From NCBI GenBank assembly GCA_030390025.1, contig CM059431.1:106332001-106396000 (forward strand): a DNA stretch of 64,000 bases. The letters are read 5' to 3'. Of the stretch, positions 62,636 through 64,000 are shown piece by piece. Each line of letters starts with the position of its first letter. The stretch's first letter is position 1. The position numbers and the translations under genes were made by a program. The notes under the pieces are model-generated. The model did no database searches. It saw nothing but the letters and a program-made list of their open reading frames with translations, and had not been told where the DNA came from. This DNA is from Squalus acanthias. Lineage: Eukaryota.

Positions 62636-63140
62636 ACCACCTAGAAGGACAAAGGCAGCAGGCGCATGGGAACACCACCACCTCCAAGTTCCCCTCCAAG
62701 TCACACACCATCCTGACTTTTTTTCATTCATTCACAGGATGTGGATGTCGCTGGCAAGGCCGGCATTTATTGCCCATCCCTAATTGCTCTTGAGAAAGTG
62801 ATGGTGAGCCGCCTTCTTGAACCGCTGCAGTCCGTGTGGTGAGGGTGTGCTTCCACAGTGCTGTTAAGGAGGGAGTTCCAGGATTTTGACCCAGCGGCGA
62901 TGAAGGAACGGCGATATACTTCCAACGTCGATATATTTCCAACTACCGTTGCTTTATCGTCGCTGGGTCAAAATCCTGAAACTCCCTCCCTAACAGCACT
63001 GTGGGAGCACCTTCACCACACGGACTGCAGCGGTTCAAGAAGGCGGCTCACCACCACCTTCTCAAGAGCAACTAGGGATAGGCAATAAATGCCGGCCTTG
63101 CCAGCGACGCCCACATCCCAGGAATGAATATATATAAAAA
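62636..63140. mobile_element. CR1-group LINE 3' end with an inverted copy of its own 3' end inside it
   Basis: Plus 62636-62718, minus 62719-62923, plus ~62944-63140; all homologous to 42227-42513. Confidence 0.8.
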
Positions 63141-63957
63141 AGCACAGCCTATTTCATTGTTGCATGTAATCCACAATTATAATTTGTACTGAAAAACACC
63201 ATTGTTCCAGACCAGGCAGGACTGATGCACAGATGAAGTTGGTGCATCGGAGAGAGGACAGAGTGACAGGGATTGTGAGGGGAGGGGAAGGCGGTGGGGG
63301 TTCTCACTGCTTGTGTGCAGACTAAATTTTAAGCAGGGGTTTCCTGTGCACATAGGAACCCCCGAGAAGTCTAGGAGTGGCGAATACATTTCAGGTTCCT
63401 CCTTAAAAAAACCCCCAAAGAAGACAGGGGAGAGTAGTAGGAGCTGCGACCTTTCTGGGCCGACTATGGGAGTGAGTTCTGCTCTGCTCTGTTTGCTGTT
63501 GCTAGAAACCATGGGGGTGAGTTTCACCTTCGCCACCCAGGAGGTAGCCTGATGGAGCGAACCAATGGAATGGAATGGAATAGGTCCTACAATAGGTGGA
63601 TGATCCACTCCGCCTGTTGAAAATGACCTCCCATCCCGTCCCGTATTACTGGCTTCAGAAGCTCCAAAACCTGTAGTGCAAAGCTGCAATATTGGACCTC
63701 TGTAGCAAGCAGCAAAAACATCTTCAATTCTGTACAATGTGAATGGGGGCAGAGGCAACCACCTGGCATTATTTCTTTGTAAATCCTGTTACTGTGCCCA
63801 CCTACAGTACATAAGATTGCATGCGATGCGATGTTCTGGATTCCCAGTAACTTCAGTCGATTCCTTATTGCTCGTTGCATCTGTATTTCTGCCAAAATCT
63901 TCCAAAAAACCTAGTGACCCAGGATTAGGTCCGGTCCAAACCAGTTTGGGCACTTAG

Positions 63958-64000
63958 GAAAGAAAGACTTGCATTTATATAGCACCTTTCATGACCACCG
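63958..64000 (-). mobile_element. Deu-SINE tail running off the window
   Basis: GAAAGAAAGACTTGCATTTATATAGCACCTTTCATGACC. Confidence 0.7.

Noticed and set aside
63177..63895. 193-aa and 102-aa minus-strand ORFs in unique sequence
   Set aside because: No recognisable domain or convincing splice signals; a terminal exon or UTR cannot be excluded without RNA-seq

Overview
Repeat-dominated eukaryotic non-coding DNA with no recognisable host gene. The repeat set (CR1/HER1-like LINEs, L2 3' ends, Deu-domain tRNA SINEs resembling shark SacSINE1, Penelope-like elements) points to a cartilaginous fish; this is an inference. The window holds a 500-N gap (9003-9502) and a ~9 kb CT-rich satellite (9503-18520), which accounts for all the giant ORFs. 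It also contains many CR1, L2 and SINE fragments, Harbinger-, Tigger- and hAT-like MITEs, a solo LTR, a truncated Gypsy-type 5' end with a tRNA-Leu PBS, and two distinct Penelope-like (GIY-YIG) families, each with its own minimal hammerhead ribozyme. The most notable structure is four independent fold-back insertions of one Penelope family. Each consists of an inverted copy of the 3' region, a direct copy with a hammerhead and a ~35-60 nt unpaired tail. Three are flanked by 12-13 bp TSDs, and the largest has 291-bp arms, identical by eye, around a GIY-YIG fragment. Family names come from motif recognition, not database searches, and boundaries of old fragments are approximate.
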